A stretch of DNA of 50,368 nucleotides from Ferruginibacter sp. (lineage in GTDB: Bacteria > Bacteroidota > Bacteroidia > Chitinophagales > Chitinophagaceae): contig JAURKN010000112.1 in assembly GCA_030831725.1 (NCBI GenBank), forward strand, positions 1 through 50,368. Direction: 5' to 3'. The position numbers were made by a program, and so were the translations under genes. Positions 37,098-47,798 of this stretch are shown in pieces; the stretch's first letter is position 1; the number at the start of each line of letters is the position of its first letter. Under the pieces are notes generated by a model that was not told the DNA's origin, searched no databases, and saw only the letters and a list, made by a program, of their open reading frames with translations.

Positions 37098-40046
37098 ATG
37101 CGTTTTTTCACCATAATTTGTTGTTGTTTGTTTTTTTTCAGTGGATTTTCCCAAAAAGTCGATCCAGCCGCTCAAAAATGGGCAGACAGCGTTTACCAAT
37201 CTTTATCCGTCGAGGAGCGTATCGGACAACTTATTGTAATGAGATTGTCGAAATTAGATCCGAAAACGAAAAAAAGAACTCCGTTGGTAGATCAGGTGGA
37301 AGAATATGTGAAGAAGTATAATATCGGCGGAGTATGCCTGTTTCAAGGCGGACCTACAGAGCAGGCCATATGGATGAACAGACTCAAAAAAACAGCCAAA
37401 ACACCGATTCTGTTTTCCATAGACGGAGAATGGGGATTATCGATGCGCATACCCGACAGCATCATCCCATTGCCCAGACAAATGATGCTGGGCGCGCTGA
37501 CTGACTCATCCCTGATTTACGAATACGGAAAAGTAGTAGCCAATCAATGCAAAAGAATGGGCATTCAAATGAACTATGCCCCGGTGATGGATGTCAATAA
37601 CAACCCCGACAATCCGGTAATCAACGACAGGTCATTCGGAGAAGTGAAAGAGAAAGTCGCCCGTTTTGGCATTCAATACATCAAGGGCATGGAAGACAAT
37701 GGCGTGATGGCTTGTGTGAAACATTTTCCCGGACATGGCGATGTGGCGGTAGATTCTCATTTGGATTTGCCTGTCATCAACAAAAGTATGGAAGAGCTTG
37801 AGCAACTTGAATTTTATCCGTTTCAAAAAGCCTTTGCGTCGGGTGTGAGCAGTGCGATGATCGCCCATTTATACATTCCCTCCATCGACAATCGGAGCAA
37901 TAGGGCGACTTCTTTGTCTAAATACAACATAGATACATTATTGAAGCAAAAGTTCAATTTCAATGGACTAGCCATCACCGACGGACTGGAAATGAAAGGC
38001 GTGAAAAAATTCTTTCCTGACGGAGAGTTGGCTGTTCAGGCAATCATGGCGGGCAATGACCTTCTTTGCGTACCAGACAGCATACCGCAAGTCGTGGAGA
38101 AATTGATGGAAGCCCTACAAAAAAATCGAATCACCGCTGAAGAAATAGAAGCCCATTGCAAAAAAATACTGATTGCCAAATATCAATATGTTCTCAATAA
38201 CAATGATACCATAGCGTTACAAAACATCACAGCAGACCTGAACAAAGAGACACCGGCATTACGGGAAAAAATCGCAGAGAAAGCGATCACACTCGTTTCC
38301 AAAGAAGATGCCTTGTTTTTTCCGCTTGATCCCGAAAAAATAAAAAACAAACTGGCCTATGTGGCTGTCGGAATAAAAAACTCAAACACCATAAGCAGAC
38401 AAATGAATTCGGAATTGGGTGCTGATCTTTTTTATTTTGATTTCAATGTGAAAAATCAGGACACTATTATAAAGTTAAGAGATAGTTTGGTGAAACATTA
38501 TCAGGCTGTAGTGATTGGCATACATCAGATCAACCGTGCTCCTGCGAATAATTTTGGCATGTCGAATGATGCAGTGAAACTTGTCAGAGAATTGCAGGAG
38601 AAAACAAAGACGATGACCTTGCTATTCGGAAACGCTTATGCGGCAAAGAACTGGAGTTACGCACCGAATTTGGTCGTTGCCTACGAAGACGATTCCATCA
38701 TACACAGAACGATGATGAGACTCCTGACAGGAAAGATCAATTATCAAGGTGTACTCCCCGTGACGGTATCAGAAAATATGAAAGCCGGCAAGGGCATCTT
38801 CGCGAAACAAAGAATGCTGCCATATGAATTGCCATCGCTTTACATGGCAAAAACCGAAGCGCAGACAATACTTGATTCCACAGTTGAGGATGCGATTAAA
38901 AAAAAAGCCCTGCCGGGTTGTATTGTGCTGGCCGCGAGAAACGGGAAAGTGATTTTTGAAAAAGCCTACGGCTACCATACTTATAGCAAAGAACAACATG
39001 TCCGACAGGAATCGGTATACGATCTGGCGTCCTTGACCAAAATTTTAGCCACGACATTAGGAATCATGAAAATGTATGAAGATTCATGCATCAACCTTGA
39101 CTGGCCGATATACAGATATCTTCCTGAATTGGAACATACCAACAAAGCAGATATAACCCCAAGACAACTGCTTACACACGAAGCTGGCTTAATCCCTTAC
39201 TTTCCTTTTTACAAAGAAACTTTGGATCAAAAAGGAAATGCATCAACCGAATATTACAGTCCAATAAACAGCGATTGTAAACATATACTTGTCGCCAATG
39301 GGCTTTACATCGATGAAAAATATGTTGATACATTTTACCAAAGAATCAAAACAAGTGAAAGAACAGAAACAGGAAAATATGTGTACAGCGACAACGATTT
39401 TATTTTATTGGGAAAAATCGTGGAAAGACAGACAGGCATGGGTTTGGATAAATACTGCCAAAGAAATTTCTATGCTCCGATGGGATTGTCTTCGACCACA
39501 TTTCAACCATTGGATAAAATAAGATATGAAAGGATCGTTCCAAGTACGATTGAAAATGGGTTTCGAAATACGGAACTCAGGGGATATGTACACGACCAGG
39601 GATCTGCGATCATGGGAGGAGTTTCAGGACATGCCGGCTTATTCGGTAGCGCCTACGAGATTGCCAGTTTGATGCAGATGTTGTTGAATGGAGGAGAGTG
39701 GGGAAACACGCGATTTTTTAAAAAAGAAACTATCGCTTTATTCACTTCATACCAAGGAAAAAGCAGAAGAGGACTTGGCTTCGATAAACCGGAGCATGAC
39801 AATGAAACCCGTTCGGAACCATACCCATCAAGATCTTGTTCTTCTCAAACATTCGGACATACCGGATTTACAGGAACCTGCGTTTGGACTGATCCGAAGG
39901 AAGATATCATTTTTGTTTTCCTGAGTAATCGCATTTATCAGGATGAAGGCATTTTCAAATCCCTCAACCTGAGAAGTAAAATTCAGGATTGTGTGTATAG
40001 ATTTGCAAAAGAGATTACAATCGATAAAACTCAACCAATCCATTAA
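37098..40046 (+). CDS. GH3 beta-N-acetylglucosaminidase fused to a beta-lactamase-like serine hydrolase (NagZ-AmiE type)
   Basis: Signal peptide; IDGEWG, RSFGE, KHFPGHG..DSH, ITDGL; C-terminal domain LASLTK, YSD, GHAGLF, GHTGFTG. Confidence 0.92.
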   Translation: MRFFTIICCCLFFFSGFSQKVDPAAQKWADSVYQSLSVEERIGQLIVMRLSKLDPKTKKRTPLVDQVEEYVKKYNIGGVCLFQGGPTEQAIWMNRLKKTAKTPILFSIDGEWGLSMRIPDSIIPLPRQMMLGALTDSSLIYEYGKVVANQCKRMGIQMNYAPVMDVNNNPDNPVINDRSFGEVKEKVARFGIQYIKGMEDNGVMACVKHFPGHGDVAVDSHLDLPVINKSMEELEQLEFYPFQKAFASGVSSAMIAHLYIPSIDNRSNRATSLSKYNIDTLLKQKFNFNGLAITDGLEMKGVKKFFPDGELAVQAIMAGNDLLCVPDSIPQVVEKLMEALQKNRITAEEIEAHCKKILIAKYQYVLNNNDTIALQNITADLNKETPALREKIAEKAITLVSKEDALFFPLDPEKIKNKLAYVAVGIKNSNTISRQMNSELGADLFYFDFNVKNQDTIIKLRDSLVKHYQAVVIGIHQINRAPANNFGMSNDAVKLVRELQEKTKTMTLLFGNAYAAKNWSYAPNLVVAYEDDSIIHRTMMRLLTGKINYQGVLPVTVSENMKAGKGIFAKQRMLPYELPSLYMAKTEAQTILDSTVEDAIKKKALPGCIVLAARNGKVIFEKAYGYHTYSKEQHVRQESVYDLASLTKILATTLGIMKMYEDSCINLDWPIYRYLPELEHTNKADITPRQLLTHEAGLIPYFPFYKETLDQKGNASTEYYSPINSDCKHILVANGLYIDEKYVDTFYQRIKTSERTETGKYVYSDNDFILLGKIVERQTGMGLDKYCQRNFYAPMGLSSTTFQPLDKIRYERIVPSTIENGFRNTELRGYVHDQGSAIMGGVSGHAGLFGSAYEIASLMQMLLNGGEWGNTRFFKKETIALFTSYQGKSRRGLGFDKPEHDNETRSEPYPSRSCSSQTFGHTGFTGTCVWTDPKEDIIFVFLSNRIYQDEGIFKSLNLRSKIQDCVYRFAKEITIDKTQPIH

Positions 40047-40050
40047 CAAG

Positions 40051-41967
40051 ATGTCATACCCATACCAGATACAAAATCGTGAGGCCTACGAAGAGGCTTA
40101 CCAAAAAAGCATCGAACATCCAGAAAAATTCTGGGGTGAAATCGCTGAACATTTCAAATGGGAAAAAAAATGGGACAAGGTACTGGATTGGAATTTCAGC
40201 GAACCGAAAGTGGAATGGTTTAAAGGAGGAAAATTAAATATAACAGAGAATTGTCTGGACCGTTGGGCTGAAACATATCCTGACAGAAATGCAATACTCT
40301 GGGAACCGAATGATCCCGCAGAAAAAATCAGGCGTTTCACCTACAAGGAATTATTGGATGAGGTTTGTCTTTTTTCGCATGTGCTTAACCGGAATGGGGT
40401 AAAAAAAGGAGACCGTGTTTGTATTTATATGCCTATGGTTCCCGAGTTGGCCATTGCCGTTCTTGCTTGCGCCAGGGTTGGTGCGATCCACTCCGTAGTA
40501 TTCGGTGGATTTTCTGCTCAAAGCATCGCAGACAGAATCAACGACGCTTCTTGCAACATAGTGATTACAAGCGATGGCGCATACCGCGGCAATAAGACGA
40601 TTCCCCTGAAATCAATCATAGACGAAGCTTTGCTCAGTTGTGATTCTGTACAAAAAACAATCGTACTGACGCGTACAGGCGAAGCCGTGAGTATGCTTTC
40701 GGGCAGGGATGTTTGGTGGGATGATGAAATGAAATCGGTACGTGATGAAGGCCTGAGCCATTACAAACCGGAAGTGATGGATGCAGAAGACATGTTATTC
40801 ATCTTATACACCTCAGGCAGCACAGGAAAACCGAAAGGCGTGGTGCATACCTGTGCCGGCTATATGGTTTGGACGAATTACACTTTTGTAAATGTTTTTC
40901 AATACAAACCTGATCAAATACATTTTTGCACGGCAGACATCGGTTGGATCACCGGGCACAGCTATATCCTTTATGGACCTTTGAGTGCAGGAGCGACCTC
41001 ACTGATGTTTGAAGGGATTCCTACCTGGCCTGATGCCGGAAGATTCTGGGAGATCGTTGAAAAGCATAAGGTGAATATTTTGTATACCGCACCAACCGCT
41101 ATTCGAAGCCTGATGGGATTTGGTACTGAACCGATCATCGGAAAAGACCTGAGTTCGATTCAAGTATTGGGAAGTGTCGGAGAACCCATCAATGCTGAAG
41201 CATGGCATTGGTATGATGAACATATCGGAAAAAAGCAAGCCCCCATTGTTGATACATGGTGGCAGACAGAAACCGGAGGAATCATGATTTCAAATCTGGC
41301 CGGCGTTACAGATGCAAAACCTGTTTTCGCCACAAAACCACTGCCCGGAATTCAACCCGTGCTCGTTGATGAAAACGGCAAAGTGATTGAAGGAAACAAT
41401 GTTTCAGGCAATCTGTGTATCAAATTCCCCTGGCCTGGCATGCTTCGAACCACATTCGGTGATCATGAACGCTGCAGACTCACTTATTTCAGCACTTACC
41501 AAAACCTCTATTTCACCGGAGACGGATGCATGAGGGACAATGACGGAGACTACAGAATCACCGGCAGAGTGGACGATGTGCTCAATGTAAGCGGACACCG
41601 TATCGGAACAGCAGAAGTGGAAAACGCCATCAATATGCATACCGGCGTGGTGGAAAGCGCTGTTGTAGGTTATCCGCATGATATCAAAGGACAAGGCATC
41701 TATGCCTTTGTCATTCTGTCCTCTGTACATAACGATGAAGCACACATGAAGAAAGACATCATGCAAACCGTTTCCAAACTCATCGGCCCTATCGCTAAAC
41801 CCGATAAGATTCAAATCGTTTCAGGACTCCCAAAAACCAGAAGCGGAAAAATCATGAGACGCATCTTGAGAAAAGTGGCTGAAGGGGAACTGTCCAATAT
41901 GGGCGACACAACCACATTGCTGGATCCTACTGTGGTTGAATCAATCATCATGGGTAGAATACCATAA
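40051..41967 (+). CDS. acs: Acetyl-CoA synthetase
   Basis: LYTSGSTGKPKG, DTWWQTETG, GRVDDVLNVSGHR, PKTRSGKIMRR. Confidence 0.98.
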   Translation: MSYPYQIQNREAYEEAYQKSIEHPEKFWGEIAEHFKWEKKWDKVLDWNFSEPKVEWFKGGKLNITENCLDRWAETYPDRNAILWEPNDPAEKIRRFTYKELLDEVCLFSHVLNRNGVKKGDRVCIYMPMVPELAIAVLACARVGAIHSVVFGGFSAQSIADRINDASCNIVITSDGAYRGNKTIPLKSIIDEALLSCDSVQKTIVLTRTGEAVSMLSGRDVWWDDEMKSVRDEGLSHYKPEVMDAEDMLFILYTSGSTGKPKGVVHTCAGYMVWTNYTFVNVFQYKPDQIHFCTADIGWITGHSYILYGPLSAGATSLMFEGIPTWPDAGRFWEIVEKHKVNILYTAPTAIRSLMGFGTEPIIGKDLSSIQVLGSVGEPINAEAWHWYDEHIGKKQAPIVDTWWQTETGGIMISNLAGVTDAKPVFATKPLPGIQPVLVDENGKVIEGNNVSGNLCIKFPWPGMLRTTFGDHERCRLTYFSTYQNLYFTGDGCMRDNDGDYRITGRVDDVLNVSGHRIGTAEVENAINMHTGVVESAVVGYPHDIKGQGIYAFVILSSVHNDEAHMKKDIMQTVSKLIGPIAKPDKIQIVSGLPKTRSGKIMRRILRKVAEGELSNMGDTTTLLDPTVVESIIMGRIP

Positions 41968-42035
41968 TGAAAATTGAATTTCATAGTCCATTTTAGCAGA
42001 CCCATTTCAACATGTTAAACACATAACATCAGCCA

Positions 42036-43271
42036 TTGAACAACATAAAAGACATATCCATAAACGATTTCAACTACGAGCTTCCAGATGAGCGCATCGC
42101 ACACAGACCACTGATAAAAAGAGACGCTTCAAAATTGCTGATATACGCCGACAACAAAATCAATGAATCGGTGTTTTCGGAAATCACGCACTTTATCAAA
42201 AATGAGTCTTTGCTTGTTTTCAACAACAGCAAAGTGATTCATGCACGTCTTCGATTTGTAAAAAACACGGGGAGCATCATCGAAGTTTTCTGTTTAGAGC
42301 CTGCAGGCCCGATTTTGGATTATGCTCAGGTAATGACGCAAACCGCAAAAAGCGAATGGAATTGCATGATTGGAGGAGTTTCGAAATGGAAAGAGTCTTT
42401 TCTTGAAACGGAAACCGATAACTCCGGCGAAAAAGTAACCCTTAGGGCTACCCTGATTTCAAAAGGGACCGAATCATGTCATGTTGGATTTGAATGGTGG
42501 CCTCAGGAAAAAAGTTTTGCTGAAATTTTGTCGATTTTTGGCGATGTGCCCCTACCACCCTATATCAAAAGAAAAACCGATGAATTAGATCCGGAACGTT
42601 ATCAAACCATTTACGCGAAAGAAGAAGGCTCCGTAGCTGCACCAACAGCTGGATTGCATTTTTCGATTGAGGTTTTTGAAAAATGTAAGGAAAAGAAAAT
42701 CGAAAAAACGTTTGTGAGTCTTCATGTTGGCGCAGGTACTTTCAAGCCCGTAAAGGCAGAGCGGATGGAAGACCATGAGATGCACTCGGAGTGGATCAGT
42801 GTCGAAAAGGAAACGATTCAAAGACTGATGGACCAAGAAGGAGAAATTGTTGCGGTGGGAACCACTTCGCTAAGAACCCTTGAATCGCTGTACTGGCTCG
42901 GTGTTCAGGTTTCGCAAGATCCGAAAATTGACAACCCTTCAATTGGACAATGGGATGTTTACGATTCAAAAATGCAATCAGCAAGCATGAGCAAAAAAGA
43001 GGCTTTTTCAAATCTCTTGCACTGGCTCAATGAAAAAAAGAAATCAAAAATATTCACCCAAACCCAACTGCTGATCGCGCCGGGATATACGTTTCGTGTG
43101 GCCGATGTGTTGATCACTAATTTTCATCAACCCAAATCCACTTTGCTTTTGCTGGTAGCCGCGGCAATTGGGGAAGACTGGCGAAGTTGTTATGATTATG
43201 CTTTGAAAAACGATTTCAGGTTTCTCAGTTATGGCGATGCCAATCTGCTCAGAATAGTCAATAAATATTAA
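42036..43271 (+). CDS. queA: S-adenosylmethionine:tRNA ribosyltransferase-isomerase
   Basis: FNYELPDERIA, PLPPYIKR, YQTIYA..GSVAAPTAGLHF, TNFHQPKST, FLSYGDA. Confidence 0.95.
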   Translation: MNNIKDISINDFNYELPDERIAHRPLIKRDASKLLIYADNKINESVFSEITHFIKNESLLVFNNSKVIHARLRFVKNTGSIIEVFCLEPAGPILDYAQVMTQTAKSEWNCMIGGVSKWKESFLETETDNSGEKVTLRATLISKGTESCHVGFEWWPQEKSFAEILSIFGDVPLPPYIKRKTDELDPERYQTIYAKEEGSVAAPTAGLHFSIEVFEKCKEKKIEKTFVSLHVGAGTFKPVKAERMEDHEMHSEWISVEKETIQRLMDQEGEIVAVGTTSLRTLESLYWLGVQVSQDPKIDNPSIGQWDVYDSKMQSASMSKKEAFSNLLHWLNEKKKSKIFTQTQLLIAPGYTFRVADVLITNFHQPKSTLLLLVAAAIGEDWRSCYDYALKNDFRFLSYGDANLLRIVNKY

Positions 43272-43825
43272 GGCTGTATGGTTACTTTGGTTCCGGATGG
43301 GATATAACTGAACAAGTCGATCATTTCGGTATACTTCAATGAAATGCAACCATCCGTCCAACTGTATTCCTGATCGATGGTCCACTCCTCTTCAGGCCTG
43401 GTTCCATGAATGGCGATACCGCTTCCTATTCGGGCGTTTTTAGGAATCAATCCTTTCGCTTTCCGTTCATTGAAAAGTGCGACGTTTTCTTTGGTGGGAT
43501 AATCAAGCAGCAATTCCGGACCCCATTTTACATGGTGTTTTTTCAGGATAATCTTGTATTTCCCGTTGGGTGTTTTTTTGTCGCCCTCCCTCATCTTATC
43601 CCCGAAATCTTTACTCCCAAACACGACAGGATAAGTGGCATACCAGCCTTCATCATCAAACACCTTCAATTCATAATCGCTTTTGTCTACCAGAATGGTA
43701 TAAACCATGCTGTCAGCCGATGAAGCCTTGACATGCTTTCTTCCTGAACGATGAGGCGTAAAGGAGATAAAGAGCGCAAAAACAGCAGTGATGAGAATTA
43801 CAAAGGATGGGTTAAGCCTTTTCAT
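43268..43825 (-). CDS. L,D-transpeptidase (YkuD family)
   Basis: ILVDKS, KMREGDKKTPNG, LDYP, IAIHG...WTDGCI. Confidence 0.9.
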   Translation of the reverse strand: MKRLNPSFVILITAVFALFISFTPHRSGRKHVKASSADSMVYTILVDKSDYELKVFDDEGWYATYPVVFGSKDFGDKMREGDKKTPNGKYKIILKKHHVKWGPELLLDYPTKENVALFNERKAKGLIPKNARIGSGIAIHGTRPEEEWTIDQEYSWTDGCISLKYTEMIDLFSYIPSGTKVTIQP

Positions 43826-43877
43826 ATACCTAATTCAATTGGATCATTCAAAAATAAAAAAAATGAATTCGATTTTA

Positions 43878-44924
43878 CTATCTGTGGATATTTTGTGCAC
43901 GTATGAAAATAAAAGGAGCCATTTTCATCCCAAATATCGGGAGTAACAGATTGGTTGCGTTAACAAGAATCTTTTTTAACCCTTTTTTATCGGAATTGTA
44001 AAATCCTGGCATGAACTGAACCAATAAATCATGCTTTTTGAAAATCGATTCATATTCTTCAAAGGATAGTATCCGCTCCGACCAGCTTCCTGTTTCGGGA
44101 TGACAAGTATTATAAGGATCAACAGGCGCTTCAGGCATTTCACCCTTTGTCACAAACCGTAAGACTTTTTCCTGTATGTCTTTTCGGATGAGTCCTCTTG
44201 TCCTTTCCGTCAACATCTCCAGATGTTCAGGTGTCATAGAAGGTGCATATTCGAGAATGATTTTTTTTCTCATGCTCCGAAAAGCCTCATGTTCATAACC
44301 CGCAAGCTTATTCCCATTGTCAATCGGATTCCCCTCCCACTCGTCTCTCTTTTGTAATTTTCTCAATAACAAAACTTTTCTTCGGTTCGCCGGGTTGCTT
44401 CCTGTGGTTAAGACCATCGACATGTTGATGTTCCATTGTTTGCAACAAAAAAGAAATTCATCCAGATCATAAATATGCTCTATCACATCGGTAGCTACCA
44501 GCAAATCCGGTTTACCCCATTTTTGATATTCGAAACCCGATTCCAGTCCACCGGAAATAAATTCGATGTTGTTTATGTTGAAATGCTTTGACAAGACAAG
44601 AGCAGCCGATAAAAAAGCTGGTTCTTTGTCGTTGATGCTGACCTTTTTGAAACCACAGAAAGATGCAAAAATGCCCAATAGACCTACCCCCGCTCCGTAG
44701 TCGAGCAGATCTATGTTTTCTTTTTCTTTTCCTGACGATGAGATTCCCATTTCCAAGACACGCGCATAGATTTTGACATAATAGCCTGCGTGTTCCAACA
44801 AATGTTCCAAGTATTGCTGAACATAAGTATCACTTGAAACGCTATGCACCTCAACTTCTTTCAGCCGATTCAGGAAACGGGGTATATGTGAGGAGATAGA
44901 GGATGACAAGTGTTGCATTTTCAT
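43878..44924 (-). CDS. Class I SAM-dependent methyltransferase-like protein
   Basis: LLDYGAGVG, DVIEHIYD. The true start may be 44918. Confidence 0.75.
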   Translation of the reverse strand: MKMQHLSSSISSHIPRFLNRLKEVEVHSVSSDTYVQQYLEHLLEHAGYYVKIYARVLEMGISSSGKEKENIDLLDYGAGVGLLGIFASFCGFKKVSINDKEPAFLSAALVLSKHFNINNIEFISGGLESGFEYQKWGKPDLLVATDVIEHIYDLDEFLFCCKQWNINMSMVLTTGSNPANRRKVLLLRKLQKRDEWEGNPIDNGNKLAGYEHEAFRSMRKKIILEYAPSMTPEHLEMLTERTRGLIRKDIQEKVLRFVTKGEMPEAPVDPYNTCHPETGSWSERILSFEEYESIFKKHDLLVQFMPGFYNSDKKGLKKILVNATNLLLPIFGMKMAPFIFIRAQNIHR

Positions 44925-45007
44925 AAAGATAATCAGGAATTCCCGTGCAGATAAAAATGGGTTTTTCGCAGCAAGACATTAGCTTTGTACCTCTTAAAAA
45001 AATCACC

Positions 45008-46195
45008 ATGAACCAGTCATTCATAGATCGCTTATCCATTGAATTGAAAGAGATAGAACAAAACGGACTCTACAAAAAAGAGCGCATCATCAGCAGCGAA
45101 CAAGGCGCTGAAATCATGGTGAATGGTAGAACAGTATTGAATTTTTGTTCCAACAATTATCTTGGGCTTTCCTCCCATCCTATGGTATTGGAAGCCGCAA
45201 AAAAATACATCGATCAACGAGGATATGGCATGAGTAGTGTGAGGTTCATTTGTGGTACACAAGACATACATAAAGAGTTGGAAGAAAAAATTTCAGCTTT
45301 TCTGGGTACGGAAGACACCATTTTATATGCGGCTGCATTTGATGCAAATGGAGGAGTATTTGAGCCTTTGTTCGGAGAAGAGGACGCCATCATCAGCGAT
45401 GCGCTGAATCACGCTTCCATCATCGATGGCATCAGACTCTGTAAAGCACAGCGTTTCCGTTATGAGCACAACAACATGTCTGATTTGGAAGAAAAACTGA
45501 AAGAATCCTCCTCATGCAGAAGTCGGATCATCGTGACGGATGGCTCCTTCAGCATGGATGGAACGATAGCTCAATTGGATAAAATTGTGGAACTCGCCGA
45601 AAAATACGACGCGGTGATTATGATAGACGAGTGTCATTCTTCGGGCTTTTTAGGAAAAAACGGAAGAGGTACTCATGAATACCGTGGCGTGATGGGAAAG
45701 ATAGACATCATAACAGGTACACTTGGAAAAGCCTTGGGTGGTGCAAGTGGCGGATTCACTTCCGGCAGAAAAGAAGTGATTGATATGCTGAGGCAGAGAA
45801 GTCGTCCGTATTTGTTCAGCAACACCCTGGCACCCAGCATCGTAGGTGCTTCCATCGCTGTGCTCGATTTGTTAAGCCAAACCACAGACCTGCGTGACAA
45901 ACTCGAAGAGAATACTACTTATTTCAGAACTAAAATGACGGAGGCGGGTTTTGATATCAAACCAGGCGATCATCCCATCGTTCCAATCATGTTGTATGAT
46001 GCTGTTTTAGCGCAGCAATTCGCAGCAAAACTGCTCGAAGAGGGAATTTATGTGATCGGTTTCTTTTATCCAGTTGTTGCAAAAGGACAGGCAAGAATTA
46101 GGGTTCAATTGAGTGCCGGACACGAAAGACATCATCTCGACAAAGCCATAGCTGCATTTACCAAAATTGGGAAAGAATTGGGAGTAATCGTATAA
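45008..46195 (+). CDS. kbl: Glycine C-acetyltransferase (2-amino-3-ketobutyrate CoA ligase)
   Basis: [54 protein letters not shown]. Confidence 0.97.
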   Translation: MNQSFIDRLSIELKEIEQNGLYKKERIISSEQGAEIMVNGRTVLNFCSNNYLGLSSHPMVLEAAKKYIDQRGYGMSSVRFICGTQDIHKELEEKISAFLGTEDTILYAAAFDANGGVFEPLFGEEDAIISDALNHASIIDGIRLCKAQRFRYEHNNMSDLEEKLKESSSCRSRIIVTDGSFSMDGTIAQLDKIVELAEKYDAVIMIDECHSSGFLGKNGRGTHEYRGVMGKIDIITGTLGKALGGASGGFTSGRKEVIDMLRQRSRPYLFSNTLAPSIVGASIAVLDLLSQTTDLRDKLEENTTYFRTKMTEAGFDIKPGDHPIVPIMLYDAVLAQQFAAKLLEEGIYVIGFFYPVVAKGQARIRVQLSAGHERHHLDKAIAAFTKIGKELGVIV

Positions 46196-46212
46196 ATTAA
46201 AAAAGGATTCTT

Positions 46213-46578
46213 TTGGAAAAGCTCGTCCATGATAGTATTGAAGATTATGTGAAAAGTTTGACACCAGCTCAATCTGCCAGAATCAAGGAAATCATCGACT
46301 TTCTTGGCGCGTTATTTCCTGATGCCGATCAAAAAATCAGTTACAACATGCCCTCCTTTCACCTGAACGGACCATTGGTTTATGTTGCTGCATATAAAAA
46401 TCACATCGGATTCTATCCTACACCCGGACCAATCAATGCTTTTAAAGATGAGCTGGTCGATTATAAGACTTCAAAAGGAGCTATACAATTTCCCATCAAC
46501 AAACCTTTTCCCTTTGAGCTGATTGAATCCATGTTAGAATTTCGAAAAAAGGAACTCATCCATAAAAAGAAAAAATAA
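46213..46578 (+). CDS. DUF1801 / YdhG-like protein
   Basis: ISYNMPSF, AAYKNHIGFYP, TSKGAIQFP. Confidence 0.88.
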   Translation: MEKLVHDSIEDYVKSLTPAQSARIKEIIDFLGALFPDADQKISYNMPSFHLNGPLVYVAAYKNHIGFYPTPGPINAFKDELVDYKTSKGAIQFPINKPFPFELIESMLEFRKKELIHKKKK

Positions 46579-46658
46579 ACAGAACAATCGAAACTTTGAA
46601 TTTGGATTGATGCAACATTTTGCATGTAATCGACATCTATAAAAAAAGAAATACAGTC

Positions 46659-47216
46659 ATGAAAAAAATAATCCTATCCATCATCAGTTTGATTTTCATT
46701 ATACAAGTATCCCTGTCACAAAAATCAAGACAAGTCATTCCGATTTCAGACTCTGGAAATCATGAGTTGAGATTGAATATCGCCACTTCGATAGGCGGAA
46801 TGCCTGAAGTAACCTACGAATACTTTCCGTTGGACAATATGGGCGTTGGCATCAGTGCTGCCGTTGCAGCAGAGAGTGTGGAATTTTTGAAAAACAGGGC
46901 TCAATTCACCGGTTTCTACCGCGTCTATTTTGGAAATAAAAAATCATGCGGTTTTTTTATCGAAGGAAATATGGCCTATAATTTTCAGGCAGAAATAAGC
47001 GAGGTTTCTGTTTACGACAGCAGCACACTTTCCTTCAAGTATATCAAATCGGAAAAAAAGTCGAATAATTTTGGTTTTGGCGCCGCAATAGGCGTAAAAT
47101 TGTTAGCCCGAAACCGATTTGTTGGCGAGATTTATGCAGGCGGCGGAAGACTCTTTAACAAGTCGATCATCGGAGGATATCCAAGAGTCGGACTGAGTTT
47201 AGGAATCAGATTGTAA
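46659..47216 (+). CDS. Small outer-membrane beta-barrel protein (DUF3575-like)
   Basis: MKK signal peptide, alternating hydrophobic strands, GFFIEG, GEIYAGGGR, C-terminal GLSLGIRL. Confidence 0.7.
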   Translation: MKKIILSIISLIFIIQVSLSQKSRQVIPISDSGNHELRLNIATSIGGMPEVTYEYFPLDNMGVGISAAVAAESVEFLKNRAQFTGFYRVYFGNKKSCGFFIEGNMAYNFQAEISEVSVYDSSTLSFKYIKSEKKSNNFGFGAAIGVKLLARNRFVGEIYAGGGRLFNKSIIGGYPRVGLSLGIRL

Positions 47217-47298
47217 ATGATTGGTGTCACATGTTAAGATACGTAGGCTGAAGATATACATTATAAGATGCGATAAAAACATAAATGAAGTGTACAAC

Positions 47299-47694
47299 AT
47301 GAAAAAGTTATCAATATCTATTTTCCTTTTTTGCATTGTGATCTCTATTTGGGGTTGCAGATTGGAAGATGCAGAGTGTTCCGTGAATTTGAATATCCCC
47401 ATACGCACCGCGAGTCTGCCTGATTCGGGGCAAATCAATCAACCTTTGGTCATTCCGATTCGAACAGAAATTGGAAATGGATGCGGAAGATACGCAGGAG
47501 TTCAAACGGAGCGAATACAGAACGAAGTTTTCATTTATGCACGCGGACAATTCGACGGATGTATATGTACTATGCAAATCACCCAAGTCGATACTTCGTT
47601 TTCTTTTTTGCCATCAGCAACGGGCAACCTGATTTTCAATTTCTCAGATGGTTATGGGAATAATATCAGAGACAGTATTTACATAAGACCCTGA
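47299..47694 (+). CDS. Hypothetical lipoprotein with Cys pair and Ig-like fold
   Basis: MKK...IWGC lipobox; NGCGR...ICTMQI. Confidence 0.65.
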   Translation: MKKLSISIFLFCIVISIWGCRLEDAECSVNLNIPIRTASLPDSGQINQPLVIPIRTEIGNGCGRYAGVQTERIQNEVFIYARGQFDGCICTMQITQVDTSFSFLPSATGNLIFNFSDGYGNNIRDSIYIRP

Positions 47695-47798
47695 CAAAAA
47701 TGATTTGATGTTTTGATGAAAGAATAAAACGCTTTGTTTACATTTATCATCGTCTATTTCGCAGTGCAGAAATTCAGGCATGATTAAACAGCAAGAAT

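Noticed and set aside
37020-37199. Apparent overlap of the mutL and GH3 ORFs
   Set aside because: An artefact of longest-ORF starts. The plausible starts (37037 minus, 37098 plus) leave a 60-bp divergent promoter gap.
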